Source of the DNA: Ophelia neglecta
Lineage: Eukaryota
DNA length: 64,000 nt
NCBI GenBank assembly: GCA_965285935.1
Contig: OZ260661.1
Span: forward strand, 49,972,001 to 50,036,000
Direction: 5' to 3'
Part shown: positions 1-14,000 of the stretch, one piece after another
Numbering within the stretch: position 1 is the stretch's first letter
Layout of the letters: each line of letters opens with the position of its first letter
The notes under the pieces: model-generated
Told to the model about the DNA's origin: nothing
The model's input: the letters and a program-made list of their open reading frames with translations, nothing else
The model's database searches: none
Program-made: the position numbers and the translations under genes

Positions 1-14
1 CTCGCCCTATGAGG

Positions 15-720
15 CAGTGCTGCCAAAAGTCTGACTGGAAGCAGAGAAATTTGAGTTGTAAAGTATCACAGAAGAAGGTAGAATATTCCAGATGCAAATG
101 GAGTAAGACTAAAAGGAATAGACCAAGGCGTTGATCCTATATTGGAGGGAGAATTATTGAACTAGTTTCTATTCTTCGAGGGGATCAACCAGGAGGGCAT
201 GCATGTAAAGTGGTGAAAGGTGTACAATTATAGAGATAAAAAAAAGGCCCTGTGCCTAATATTGTTGCCTTCCGAAGACAATTTCTGGGGACATCTGCAT
301 CTAAGATATGATATAAGTCCTCTGGAAAGTATTTCATATGCTGATATAATGTGATGCACCAGTAGGGAATGGTGGCGTGTCATTATTCCAAAAATCCATT
401 GGGCTAAAGGTCCATTGGTCTGAAAACCCATTAGTCTGAAGGCTCATTGGTCCAAAAATCCTTATTCGGAAGGTCCATTGCTGATCTATTTAAAGGCTAT
501 GTGCAAGGTCTGACAATTGGCTTTAAAATAATGTTTAAACATCGATTAACTCCCAATGTTGGCAGCAGCAGTTAAATTTGATCCAGCAAAACAAGGCTTC
601 CCTATTTCAGGGAACCTTTGTACATATTATTTTATCCTGATTTGAAAAGCCAATTCCAAGGTAAATTAAATAATTTGACGAGATGCTCACTGTGGATCAG
701 TAGGCTATCAGTAAGGCAAA
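15..720 (-). mobile_element. Decayed CR1/L2-type LINE ORF2 3' fragments
   Basis: Minus-strand translation RINALVYSF*SYSICIWNILPSSV (about 65-140) resembles the SFFPR..WNxLP end of CR1/L2 ORF2. YLGIGFS and IVRP-like remnants lie at about 500-680. Stops and frameshifts present. Confidence 0.55.
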
Positions 721-1440
721 GTCTTAACAAATATTTCGGCCTCTGTTTACACATAATTTAAACACATAATTTAAATTAGTCCAATTTATATAACATAATT
801 ATATAGGCCTAATGGTAGATATAGGCCTTAAACATACGTTAGAATTATTTAAAAAGATTTCATTGTTCAAGAATTTTTTTAAAAAAAACACGCAATATAT
901 TAGTAATTAGAATATTACTGAAACATTTGTCCAAAATATTTTAATAATTTCTTTGAAATACAAAATCACAAGAATAAAACATTACACACAAATATTTTAA
1001 GGATGTTTGGGGAAACATTTAAAGGACGTTTAGGTAATATTTTAGAGTTACAAATGTATTTGGGTAGGCCTTAAAGTTACATTAGAATTGTTTAAAACTT
1101 TGTTTATCGATCACGAAAATATAAAATACATGCAATATATAACACATTTGATCCCATATTAAATATGCGTTACATCTGAGAATGAATTTATCTTAAAGTT
1201 TATAATAGGTTTTCAACGTATTGGATTTTTGACTTCTTCTGGGGATTTATCTTCGGACTGAAGGGTTTTTGGGCCAATGGGTCTTCAGCCCAATGGTTTT
1301 CGGACTAATGGGCCCTTGGACTCATGGTTATTCAGACCTATGGATTTTGGGACTAACAATGTAATCTTCGGACCAATGTTTTCTGACCAGTGAGAGGCAC
1401 TGGCTTTTGGACTAGTGGGCTTTCAGAATATTGGTCAGTC
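371..1440. repeat. Inverted arrays of ~15-bp tandem units (Foldback-like arms)
   Basis: 371-480 carries units like GAAGGTCCATTGGTCT. 1250-1440 carries their reverse complement (TTCGGACTAATGG, TTCGGACCAATG). Confidence 0.6.
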
Positions 1441-1689
1441 CAAAAATTACCTTTTTTACTATACACTGCCGCCAAAGCAAACAATCTGTTTTCATATCCA
1501 AATAAAGCCAAATATTTTTTCATTTAAAAAAAATCTACCCCCACTTCCCAAAGCAGTACATCATAAAATTTATGTCGCTTGAGAGTTTCATACTACTTTA
1601 TGTACATAACCGAACTTCTCGGTTAGAATGCAAGCCCGGATAGAAATGATCAGTAAAATTGAACATCGACCTTTAACATCGCAATCATC

Positions 1690-4600
1690 ATGGCGGATAA
1701 TGAGGAGGTAACATCCAATGATGGAGAATCTAATCAACTTGTGGCTTCAGGCACCGAGGAAAATAATGGTGGAAATGAAACGGTATGAAAGCTGATTATA
1801 GAGATCACAAATCGCTTCTGTTTTTGTCAGTAGTGTTAGTTTAATCACCTTTAATTTTGATCCGGTGGTTAGGGTAGTGCCTCTGGTGCATCATGATGTG
1901 GGTTGCATACGCTGAGATGCGCATAGACTTGATCGCTGCATAAATGAATGCATATTAACTACAAACACCACATCCGGTGACAAAATATGGGTTGTCGTGA
2001 TTAAGATCCAACTGGCATGAAATGAAATATTGGAAATTGATGGTTCCCATTCTTTTGATTCCAAGTGACGACAGTGGGATGCCAAACCTCACTCAGAAAT
2101 CTGTATGGCCCATGTTGTGTGGAAGTTGCAGCTAAGAGTTTTAATTTTTAATGTATTTAACAGAATGGCAAAAAATGAAAAAAAAAAGTGTTCCTGGTCA
2201 CTGCATAGGTTCCCCACATCACCAGACTAAAAATACCTTTAAGACCTGGGACCATCATTGAAATAATTTGTTTTGTGATCAAAAATGCCATAGGCTGTCA
2301 GAGTTTTTAAACAGAGTGGAAGGGATTAGGGTAGTTGGTCTATGTGAGGCCTGTGTTGAGTTTGTATTGTAATGACAGCCTATGCAAAATGCTCATGAAC
2401 ACTATAGGCATCCTTCTAACAATATTGCTAATACAGGGAAAGAATTTAAGAACAAATCTTTTACTGGTCCATAGGGCCGTTAAATTTTAAAATCAGCAGG
2501 CCCTGTTGAAATTCAGCATGCCATGAAAATTGAGATGAAAATAAGCAGTCAAAATATGTACTGTCCTGCCAGATCTGGAGGGTAAAATTCTAATATATAG
2601 GGTTGCCACTAAAACAACAGGCCTTTGGCCTATGGCTCATGCTTATTTCTTACCCTGTAACATAAATATGAAAGGAAAACCTGTGAGGTATTTTTTTCCA
2701 ATTCAACCTGGCCAGAGGCAAGGTAATGTTTAAACATTTTGACCCTATGAACTTTAAAATTTATTTAAAAATAAAGACATTTTCAAGTTGTTTTTTTTTG
2801 AAGAATCAGAAACTTTGTCGAATATTTTCTTGCAAAGACTGCAGTGTCTTTATGGTAGAAGTTGTTTGGAACATTTTACCAGCTTGGATTATCACAGTTG
2901 ATTTATTTCAGGTGGAAGCAGATAACCAGCAAGTCGAAGGAGCGGGGAACCCTGCCCCTGCTGGTCAAGGAGTCGGGTACTGGCCAATGATTAAAACTCT
3001 TCTAGTACGAATGGTAATCATCTACATGATCAGCAGTTTTTTTCGCAGAACACCACCCACTCCTAATCAAACATCACCTGATGGAAAAAATATGCCACCA
3101 GCAATTGCTGCGCAAAATCTTTTCCCCAAGGAACTTCCGATGGTAAGTCATCCATTTATAATTTAAAAACATTTAGATTTTACAGTGGAACCCCTGATGA
3201 AAGACCACCCAGAAGTGGCTAAAATGGCTCTTTTTGCAAAATGGTTTGCTATACCGGCCATATATTTTAACCCCTGATGAAAGACCACCCCTCTTATACC
3301 ACTTATTAGGTGGTCTCTCATGAGGGATTTCACTATACTCTGAAAACAGCATGTTATTTAATTGGTATACATTTTATTATCTACTTATATGGTTTTTATT
3401 ATTATGGAGTTTCCTAGATCTTATCCTTTCAATATTATCAGTTGTCCTTTTTTCACTGATCCTCCCTCTGCTCTTCATTGGTGCATTGACTATGCTTACA
3501 TGAAAATTACATGTCATCTGCTCGAGTTTATACATTCATCTGTGACTGTAATAAATCTTAGGGTAAGTCTGATTTGCCTTGTAATAGGTTCACCGTGTGT
3601 CTTTATGGCCAGGATTAGTGGAATTATCAATGTGGACACGATTAAAATGACAGAAATCTGCTGAATCCTAGTTGGTTGATGCAACTGACTACAAACACAG
3701 GTGTCCTACTTTCAGTACTTTGTCTTGTGACATTTTGTAGGACTCACATGACCATCTCTGTTGTCCCAATGGCCTTAAGTGATTGTTGAATATAATGGTC
3801 TCTGTACATAAGTAGCAACATTTCTTGCCTTAAATATCAACAATACCAGGTAATAAAGTTGTTTTTTTCTTTTGAAAATGCTGACAGTATTTTATTCATG
3901 GCTAACGTACAAGCTTGGTCTGGAAAATTCCCCAATACTGAGTATAGGCTTGCCCAGGAGCAGAGGGAGGATGATGCCAAATTGCAATTTACCGTAGCGA
4001 CTAAAATGATCTAGATAAAAGTTCACAATTACATGACTGGACTCAGAATTATCATCAACGTTTGGTGTCATTTTTTTCATTGGTTTGGGAATAACCACCG
4101 AATAATCTGTTATTTAAATGGACATCTTTTATTTCCAGGATATGTATGTCTATATAAATGAGCAACAGAAGTTTGACGATTTCGACAATAAAGATGCATT
4201 ATTATGGCTGGAAGAAGAGATGAAGTATGCTGACTGGGTGGGTGGTGAAAATGGAGATGGAAGTTATGAGAAATCAAGTGAGATAAAAACTCCTGAGGTA
4301 CACACATTTAAATTATTTTGTATTAACAAGGAGAATGATAGAGCATTATGTCAATCAACAACAAAGTGTGGTTATTGATTCTTGACTTATACTTTCCCGG
4401 ACATGTGAGTAATTTTAGTTTATGAAACTCTCTTCCCAGGCTGTTATGAACAATGGCTCCATCTACCTTCATGTTTACTTTGTGGCGGCTGGTAATTCTC
4501 CCAATCCAAAAGATAAGGAAAGGTACAATAGGCTGAAGACTGTGCATAAAACAAAGCGTAAGTCATAACCCACACTGACCTGATGAATGTGGTGTTAATG

Positions 4601-7600
4601 AATCCTTCATCATAGTGCCAAGGTGATATCTTATTACAGCATCTCATAAAGACTTGAAATAAATATAAAGCTTAGGTGGCAGAAATTAGAAAACATTATT
4701 GCATGTGACAGTATATAAGTCAAACAACAAACACATTGTTCCTGCTAATCATCAAGAAGTCATAAATTACAGCCAATGATAACTATACGTGGTCTTCACT
4801 TATAAGCCTACCCCCAATTGCCTGAAGTAGAGGTAATGATAACTGTCATTGAGAAACATATGTCATACTGTAATCTGAACCAGCTAACAGGGAGGCTGCA
4901 GGACCTTAATATATTACCAGTGATACCTCCAAGACAATGCATGTGGAACTTCATTACTTTATTTCATTATATCTTTCCTTGATTCCTCCAGAATTGAACA
5001 AGTTTAAGAAGAGGAAATTTCACACTGTTACTAACCTATTGACTGGTAAAACAGAAGCTCATCCAGATTTAATCAGGGTGAGTGGTGCAGGAAAACTTTG
5101 AAAGTGGACAGATATTGTTGTGTGAACATTCATTTTATCTGTGGAATGCCTTTCGCGTTGCATTTAATGTTATCCATTATGCTTTTTAGTTGCCAAACGA
5201 TACAAAGGTAGAAATAATTTCCCACTGGCATCCTAACCTTACAATCAATTTGATTGATGATCACACTCCATGGACAAGAGGAGCTGTGCCTGCCCCTCTG
5301 GACGAGTGTAAGTGTTTGGTCTCAGAAAAAAATAGACATGCCATGTATTAAAAATGTATTTTTTGTCATAGCCTGGTTTAAATCATTATTTGATTGTTAT
5401 GTTCTGTGTTTTTGTCTGTTTCTAGTTATTGAATTTGAACCCGGCAGTAACAGCTACTACCCTATACTATACTTCAATGACTATTGGAATCTTAATGTTG
5501 AATACCAACCCATCAATGACACTACCAAGTAAGTCAGAAATTATAGATCTTCTCTGTTCACGTTGTCAAGAAAGTATTTTTTTTTTTACATTCCAAATAC
5601 TAACACAAACAAGTCCCCTAAGCGTAATCTTACCCAAGATGTTGTATTTTTCAGAACCCTGAATTTCACTCTTACTTACTCACCAATGTCATTATTTAAA
5701 TGGCAAATGTATGCTGCACAGACAATGCGGAAAAATTGGTACTCGTTTATGGGAGATGGCTTTATGGAGGAAAGTGATGAGGATCAAGACTCATTAAAGG
5801 TTTGTGGGAAAAGAAATTTGATGGCAAATAATATTTAATGGCCAGGATACAAAAACTTTTATTGTATTTTAAAATTTATTGATGATGATTGTCATCATAA
5901 AAATTTACCGTTACAGCAAACATTCCTGGACACCAATCCCATACTGCTTGGCTTGACCATAGTAGTGTCCATTGTTCACAGCGTGTTTGAGTTTCTTGCT
6001 TTCAAAAATGGTAAGGTGTTAACAATTCCTAACAATTTGCAATCTTTCTTCAGTGACTCCAGGTGTTAAGATTATAGAGTCATGAGATATTTTGGTGTGA
6101 TTTCAGATATTCAGTTTTGGAGGAACCGCAAATCCCTGGAAGGTCTTTCTGTACGCTCGGTGTTTTTCAATGTGTTCCAATCATTGATAGTATTGCTTTA
6201 TGTCCTTGACAATGAAACCAACTTTGTTGTGCGTGTCAGTGTTTTCATTGGTCTAGGCATTGAAATATGGAAGATTCACAAAGTCACAGATGTAAAGGTG
6301 ATGACATTTTCAGAATTACATTTGTCAAAATCTTGATTTGTTGCAGATTATGACTTTGTTGTGTCTATTATACACATTAAAAGAAAGCTTAATTCAAGCA
6401 TAGTTCAAGAGTCATTTAATATGGAAGTTTCCTTTTTAATTGTTCTCCATTTCACTTACTGGTTTAACACTTCTGATGTTCTAGATTGACCGAGAGAACA
6501 AACTTTTTGGAGTGATTCCTAAAATAAGCATCCAGGACAAGTCAACATACTGTGAGTCAGAGACAAAGAAATTTGATAGGGTAAGAAATCATTTGAATAG
6601 AATTGATTAGATTCCATCCTAATCCAAAAAATTCAGCCATATACTTGTAAATGAAATAATTGAAGACAAGGTAGTTAAAAACAATTTGGGATATTAGCAA
6701 ATTGTATGCACATAAATGTTCCATTAAGCAGTTGTTGAATGATTGTACAAAAATAAGTTGAACATTTTGTCAGCAAATAAGATTCAGTGATTGCTATAAT
6801 TATGTTTGTGATGTTTTTTTTTCATCTGCAGTTGGCCTTCAGATACCTGTCTTGGGCCCTCTTTCCCCTGCTGGGGGGATATGCTGTATATTCCCTGTTT
6901 TACCTAGAACATCGTGGCTGGTACTCATGGGTGCTCTCCTTAATGTATGGATTTTTACTAACCTTTGGTAAGTTAACAGCTCTACAAGGACAATAGTTGA
7001 CAAACTTAGTTTAAACAATATTCATGCCCACTGAGATAGTTATGTTCACCATTATTGGTCAAATTTTGTATACTTATGCATTTGATCATGCAATATGTTG
7101 AATAATGATAATTTCCTAGGAATTAAAAAATTAGTCTACTATTTTGCCAGACTAAACACTTATTAGAGTTTTATATTTTTAAAGCTGCTCTATTGGAAAG
7201 AATAGAAGGTGTTCCGATTCTAAGAGCACTTTAAATAGATAATAAATACAGGGTGCCTTATGCTATTAACAACCTTACAGGTATTACTCTCCATTCATTC
7301 CAGGTTTCATTATGATGACACCACAGCTGTTCATTAATTATAAAATGAAGTCTGTAGCACACTTGCCCTGGAGAATGCTCACCTATAAAGCCCTCAATAC
7401 TTTTATTGATGACTTGTTCGCCTTTGTCATCAAGATGCCGACTTTATACCGTATAGGATGCTTTAGAGATGGTAAGAAATAATAGACGTGGAAATCAACT
7501 ACATGTAAAAATGAACGTTAGAATAAAATTCTTTTCTGAAATTAGGGCATGCCTGGATGGTCTTTTGACAGGTGTCTGAAATCTGAAATTCTGTTTCTTT

Positions 7601-8171
7601 TGATCATGTGATATTGTTTGAGTTCCAATTAACGAATAATCCCATGTCAGTGTCCTATACCTGATACGTTGATTTGGTACATCCGGGTGTGTTCTGGGAG
7701 AACATTGCTTTCTAAAACTTTGTCTCATAACTGGGATTAATATATAAATCATAGGTTTTGTGATTGAATGTATCATCGGCTTTGACTGTTCTTGCTCATT
7801 CTGCCTAGGAAAATCTTCTATGTCACACATAAATCATTTCCATTTTATTGGCCTTTTTGCATTGGTATTTCTGTATGGTGAACTAACATTGATTTAAGAA
7901 TTTCTGTTACTTTTCTTCAGATATTGTGTTCCTCATATATATATATCAACGGTATATATATCGCATTGACCCAACCAGAGTCAATGAGTTTGGAACTTCC
8001 GCAGAAATGCTCGATGAGCATGGCAATCCAAAGCCTGTTGAAGAGGTCACTGAAAATGGGACTGCCATTGAAGGCCCCGAGAAGTCTGATGGAACTAATG
8101 CTGTGCAGAATCCCAAAAATGCCACAAATAAAAAGTCTCCCAAAAGTAAAAAAGAAAAGAAAAATGATTAA
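1690..8171 (+). CDS. CLPTM1: Cleft lip and palate transmembrane protein 1 (putative lipid scramblase), 14 coding exons, 662 aa
   Basis: Exons 1690-1782, 2912-3142, 4139-4297, 4440-4557, 4992-5077, 5190-5307, 5426-5528, 5655-5799, 5917-6010, 6107-6297, 6485-6580, 6832-6967, 7304-7471, 7921-8171. All introns GT-AG and phases consistent (1989 nt). Family motifs: NNGSIYLHVYF, ISHWHPNLTINL, VHSVFEFLAFKNDIQFW, LEGLSVRSVFFNVFQS, TPQLFINYKMKSVAHLPWRMLTYKALNTFIDDLFAF, YRIDPTRVNEFG. Confidence 0.96.
3183..3335. mobile_element. TA-target MITE (Tc1/mariner-pogo type) in CLPTM1 intron 2
   Basis: TA-CAGTGGAACCCCT...AGGGATTTCACTA-TA imperfect TIRs; internal duplicated AACCCCTGATGAAAGACCACCC. Confidence 0.65.
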
Positions 8172-9416
8172 CTAATGTCAATAGATGTTATTAAGATGAA
8201 AGTGACATAATTTATTCCCTTTTGGTTTTTCAATTTTATAATTTCTGTTTTGATATTGTGTTTAACACTTCTTGTTTGGGTTGAATGGTTTTTCCTTTTT
8301 TACCTCAATCTTATTGGAACTTAAAAACTTTGAATGAAATTTCATACTAGGGAAGAAAGCAGTTAAAAGAAAGATAATGACTCAACTTTGTTCTGGGTTT
8401 AGCATAAACAGTATAGATTATGATATGCTAATAGATATAAAAAGAAAATTGCAACATAGGTTTTATTAAATGTTTTTTATATGTTGTAACCTAAGGTATT
8501 TTGGTGAAAAGAACTGGTAGAATTGTCATTTTCACCATAGAGTATCAAATAATGAGGGAGGGTGGGTCAGAAAAAAGTTGCTTTCCACACGCCCCAGAGA
8601 AAAACTTCTCCAAAGCCCTTAATTAAATTTGCCTGCATCAAATCCTTGGGTTACAGTAGACTATATTGCATTTCCCATATTACTTGGGTTACAGTAGTTT
8701 CATTTATTGTATTTCCCCATTTGTTGGGTAACTGTAGAATGGTTTAATTTATTTCCCCAGTTTCTAGTACAAAGTTGAAAATCTGAGAGCAAGATGAGTT
8801 ACACAAACTGCCAATATTCCAGTTAAATGATGTTTTCATGATTTTAAAATTCAGTACTGTAGTTATTCTAGAAGTCGATACATTGGGCTTGTCTTGCCTT
8901 CATTCGTTGGTATGGGTATATTCTGTTTGCTTCTCCACACCCTCTGGCCATGTAAGACATCGGCAATCTATACATGTATCTGAACAAATATCCCCCACCC
9001 CCATTATTTTGTTTCAATTCCCAAAATTAAGAAAGCCTTGACTTATTTGAGTAGGCCTAACAAATAGAATGATTTGGAGGCAAATGGAGTAGCATTACCA
9101 ATAAGTGACCAACATATACCAAGAAAGATGGTGTATTAGTAATATAATTGCTGTAAGGCTGATAAATTATTTCACAATTTGACCCCAGTGTTTGCCTCTC
9201 GTCAGCAATGTCATTCTTGTCCCGGTCAAATTGCCCTACAGCACATAGCAATGTTTTTATAAAAATGTTCTCCTGTTAATCTTTTATTAATTAAATAATA
9301 TTGTGAGATTCCACTATGTGCTTACAGTGATATTAATAATTTATAACTTGTAGACATCAGGAATTGTCAGTTGCATATCTGACATTGCTGGTTATCTAGT
9401 AAAGATTGAGAATTCC

Positions 9417-9467
9417 TGTAACATAGTGATATTTCATATGTAATGTAACATAGTGATATTTCATATT
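9417..9467. repeat. Tandem duplication in the CLPTM1 3' region
   Basis: TGTAACATAGTGATATTTCATAT occurs twice with a 27-bp period. Confidence 0.8.
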
Positions 9468-10854
9468 ACATGTATATTAACTAGATAATAAAAGTACAAC
9501 TGTGAAATAAGGCACTTGCCCTTCTTGACCTATTCATGATAATGATCACAGTAACTAACTTGTTCAGTTCATTAATTCAATATTCCCAGATTCAAGTTGT
9601 TTCACTTGAAACTAAAACTTTAGGTAAAATTCATATATTGTGGCGGTCTGATATAGTATTATTAGTGTTAAATTTAGGATGAATTGAATAAAATTGTTTA
9701 TCTCAAGACCGTGGTAACCAGAACATAGTTACCAACTTGCCTGTAACTAAAAGTTAGGTAATTTTAGTAATGTCTATTAAATATGAAATCAAATGTTAAG
9801 TTGTAAAATACTATGTACATACCATTATACATGTATTGAATAGTTAGGAAATGGACCAGTAAATCTGTATATAGCTGCCAACTGTCAAATAATATACAAA
9901 TGCTACCATTTGTTGTACTGTATTATGAGCAAAGGCCTATTATAAAATTGAATACTGGCAATCCTCTTTTCTGATTTCCACCAGATTTGATCCAGTTGTT
10001 CATCCATCCCTTTACCAAGCTGTCATTCTAGTGTAGATCTATTGTTTACATGTACTGTGTTTCCATGTTATTGTCACCACAACACATTCACAGTGGAATC
10101 AGGATAGGTGATCTGTCACAATGCAATTTGCTTTTTTGACTCATCTCTCTGTAGGTTTTCATTGTAATTCATTCTATCATCTCAGAATGTTAGACATAGT
10201 AACTTACACTTTTACTTGATAACCTACAGAAGGGTTCCCAGGCGGGACATGGTTACAATGAGTATATACCTTGTGTGACCATTTATTTCATAGATATAAA
10301 CATAGATCTATGTGGTGTACTGGTACAACGGCTTATAACACATTGGAATCTGTTGAGTATGTATCAACATAGCTGCCTGTGTCAGTGAGGTTATATATAT
10401 ATTGGCAACTTTTTGGCTACAGCTCAAGATGATGTCACTGTTATTCAAGTCTTTTGCATGCTATACTACCAGACACGGGTCTGTTTAAAAATATTTCTGT
10501 TTATAAGTGGCTGTAATTATAGCCATGGACATTGATGAGATGGTAGTTGTACATAGTAAGGAGGTTGTATTTAATCACACAAAAATATGATGTTTGTAAA
10601 GTTGATATCTTTTGTTATGAAATTTGTGAAAGTTCAGTGTGTTAGTTCGAATTGGCCAAGTATTTTACTGCATTTTTCATTCTTTTCAGATGGTTAGAAA
10701 CAAAGTTTGGTGTGATGGCAGACTTTTCATTTGATTAATATTTTTTTTAACGCCATATCGTTTGTCACAAGTTCTGTAATGTATTTTGCAGTCAAAGTCA
10801 TATAATGATCATGGGTACTGAATGTTTTTAATGTAGTGATAAAATAATCTGAAG

Positions 10855-10880
10855 AATAAAATTTTAGCTCGCATTTTATT
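10855..10880. terminator. Convergent AATAAA polyadenylation signals (CLPTM1 + strand, SARS2 - strand)
   Basis: AATAAA on + at 10855-10860 and TTTATT (AATAAA on -) at 10875-10880, about 200 nt downstream of the SARS2 stop. Confidence 0.45.
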
Positions 10881-11075
10881 CCTGACAAAAAGTTCATTTG
10901 TTACAAAAACCCTGTCCTATATATCCAAAGACTAATTGCCTGCAATATATTGTTGGTATGATTTAGTTACATTTTAATGTTTACTCACACAAATGTATGA
11001 TTATAGCACACTAATATTTTTTAACTAGTTAAGCCGAGTAGATAGGAAAACTTATTATACTAGTAATATATTAAG

Positions 11076-14000
11076 TTATCTTTTCACTTTTTTCTTATAG
11101 TCTTTTGTCCATTTTATAGGCTGCATTTTGGAGGCCTGTGCTTGTCTGTCAAGTATTACATTGTCCTGCAGATGTGGCTGAAGCACCCTTGGAATGGAAA
11201 ATGTCCCATCCTAGAAAAAGAAGATTGATAAATACATTTTGCATTAAATCAGCTAGTCAGGAGAGTTTATCTAAATGACAGAAGGCTATTTTCAAGTGAA
11301 ATGTACCAGTACCTCTTTTTGATGGCCTTCCAAAATAGCCATTATCAACCTAGGAACTGCTGCAGCTGTCCCATTTACCTGAAAAGATTGTGAATATCCT
11401 GAAGTAGAATGAAATGATTATCCAAACTGTGTGCAGCCAAATTGAGAAGAATGCCAAACATAATGTTTTACTTTTACCGAACGGCAAAGGAAAGAACCAT
11501 GACATTTTTTTTCAATGATTTATGCAATAAAAATAAAAACATATTTTATGCAGACCCATTGATTGTAGTATACTGAAAAACCGATATATCTTGTGTGCCC
11601 TTTATTTCACAAATTTTATAAGGGTCAAAACCTTAAAGGAACACTCACTGTGTGACAGTACTTTGTCGGGCCATCTTTTTGTTGATACCTAATGTTAAGC
11701 CGTCTGCTCTGGAAGTCGGTACAGTTAGATGTACTCGAAATCTGTAATGTAATGACATACATTTGCCCAATATCTGATAAGCTTTCAATCTGAATACATT
11801 TGTAGCTGCCAGTAAGTGGGATATAGATCTATGTTAGATTTGTAAATTACTCCTTAGTACAGCCATTCAACAAGCATGCCCGTTAAATCTGGAGTTTTAA
11901 CAAGGCCCATCACACTAATCAGATAGACTCTAATGCATTGTCATTTTTTATTAATGTAGCATCTGTGTGAAAGTGATTTAAATATATGTTTTAAAGATGT
12001 AGGATCAATTTAAGCTGGAAAAATATAAGTAATACCCGGTAACTTTGACGTAGCAATAGCGCACAGTGTGAAAACTTGTTATGCCTAATATGGCGACACC
12101 AGACGGAGCACTAGTAAACATCGGTATAAACTACTGGAAAAATGCCCTTTGCTATTCTGACACCCTACTTAAGTTACTTGGCATTTCATGGTAACCATGG
12201 ACCCTTGGTAAAGTTGCAAACATTTGCAACAATATGAACAGATCCAGTGCAGTGTTCAGTATGCGACCTGCCATGTTTTAATAAAAACAATGACAGTCAC
12301 ATGACCACACGCACCACTGTCTAGTGTCATACTATACTTTAGCTCATTAAATCATAGCTACTTCGATTAACATTGAATGGTGTCAGATTAGTTAAATTGT
12401 CAGATAAATTCAAATGGCTATATCAATCAATATATTAACTGTGCATATACAGCTGAGTTACTTTTAGCTAAGAAACCATTTATTGGTCCTTCCACTGCCT
12501 CTCAGCAGTAATGTACCGTATCAACACTTCATAAACTCACCTCACCCCATACATCTTTGGCTGGCATTAATGTTTCTATGTCATATTTTCTGTGAGCAGG
12601 AGCACCAAGTTCTTCTGTAGGCATGTCTAGTATTCTGGAAAAAAAGCAGGATTCCAGTGCTTTTCTAAAGGTTGAAGATTTACCCATTTAATTTCATTGG
12701 GGAGACATTGCAAATCTCACCCTTCCTAACAGCCCCAATATTATTGAAGCCCAAAATGATTTGTGTGAGTTCAACATTTGCTTTTTGCCTCACCATTCCA
12801 TTATTGCAAGGAATTCTTATCAAAAACTCTTGCCATATTGATCAATCTGGTTTGTTTTATTGAAGAGGATAACAACTTCTTATTGACTGACCGGAAATGT
12901 AAACCCAACGATTGAAACATATTTTTCTGCAGCAACAGAAACTCATCCATAAGGTTCTGGCTACTTGTTGTGTCTTCTTCGCTTTTAGTCACTCCAAACA
13001 TTTCTACCTGAAATTTTTTTTTCTGTATAAGGACCAATTGAGCTAGATGGCAGAAGTTAACCTCTAGTAATAATAATAATAATTATTATTATACAATTTA
13101 TTATTATTATAAATATAATTGTACAGGGTGGCTATGCAGGCATCCAAACCTTTCAAATAGTCCAAGTGCATAATAAATAGATTCCTTCTAACCACAGGCA
13201 TGAAAACGCCCACATGGTGCCTATGTGTTTTTAAGCGCCAAAAATCCAAATCCTTCTAACGACATCCTTAGTTATTACCCAAGCATTAACAAGATTTGGT
13301 AGAATTTGTTACTGAAACCTTTGTGAATTGATGAACTCTGTAAATTCCCTTTTCTTCGTCCAAATCAGAGGTTTCTGCACGATAACACCTGCTTACTGTC
13401 ATAAACCTGAAAATGCATTTACAATGTAAGCAGGGTAAGAAGGGTTAATAACTATTGATAAACAAACAATTATCCTGCTTAATTTATGTTCACAGGCCTT
13501 AAATTGTAAGGTAAATTTAAATGGTAGAACCACATATTTACTTGGGCAGCAAATCATTTCTAGACTACTTTGTTTACAGACACAAGTATACATGACCGTG
13601 ACCTAATTTCACTGAATAATATATAAAAACTTTTAAAATTTTGGCTACTAACACAAAATCTTTACTACTAATTCCATAACAGTGTATTTACTAATCATAC
13701 TAGCTTGCTGCTGAACGGTTGGTTCTAACCATGAAATAGGTGTTCCCCGAACTTGTCTGTCAGTCAATCCAAGCAAGTCTATATGTATATAGGCATGTAA
13801 CTATGATGGCATACGTAGGCCTATTGATGGTAACTAAAGTCACAATATTTCTTGCCTCCATTTAAATTCAATATTGTGTATATTTTGATATACTGTATGG
13901 CGAGCCTGTTATTTTTATCTCTGGCTTATTGTTATTTGCTACTGACCGATGCACAAGTTTTAAAGTTAATTTTCTCCTCACAACCTATAAATAATATTAC

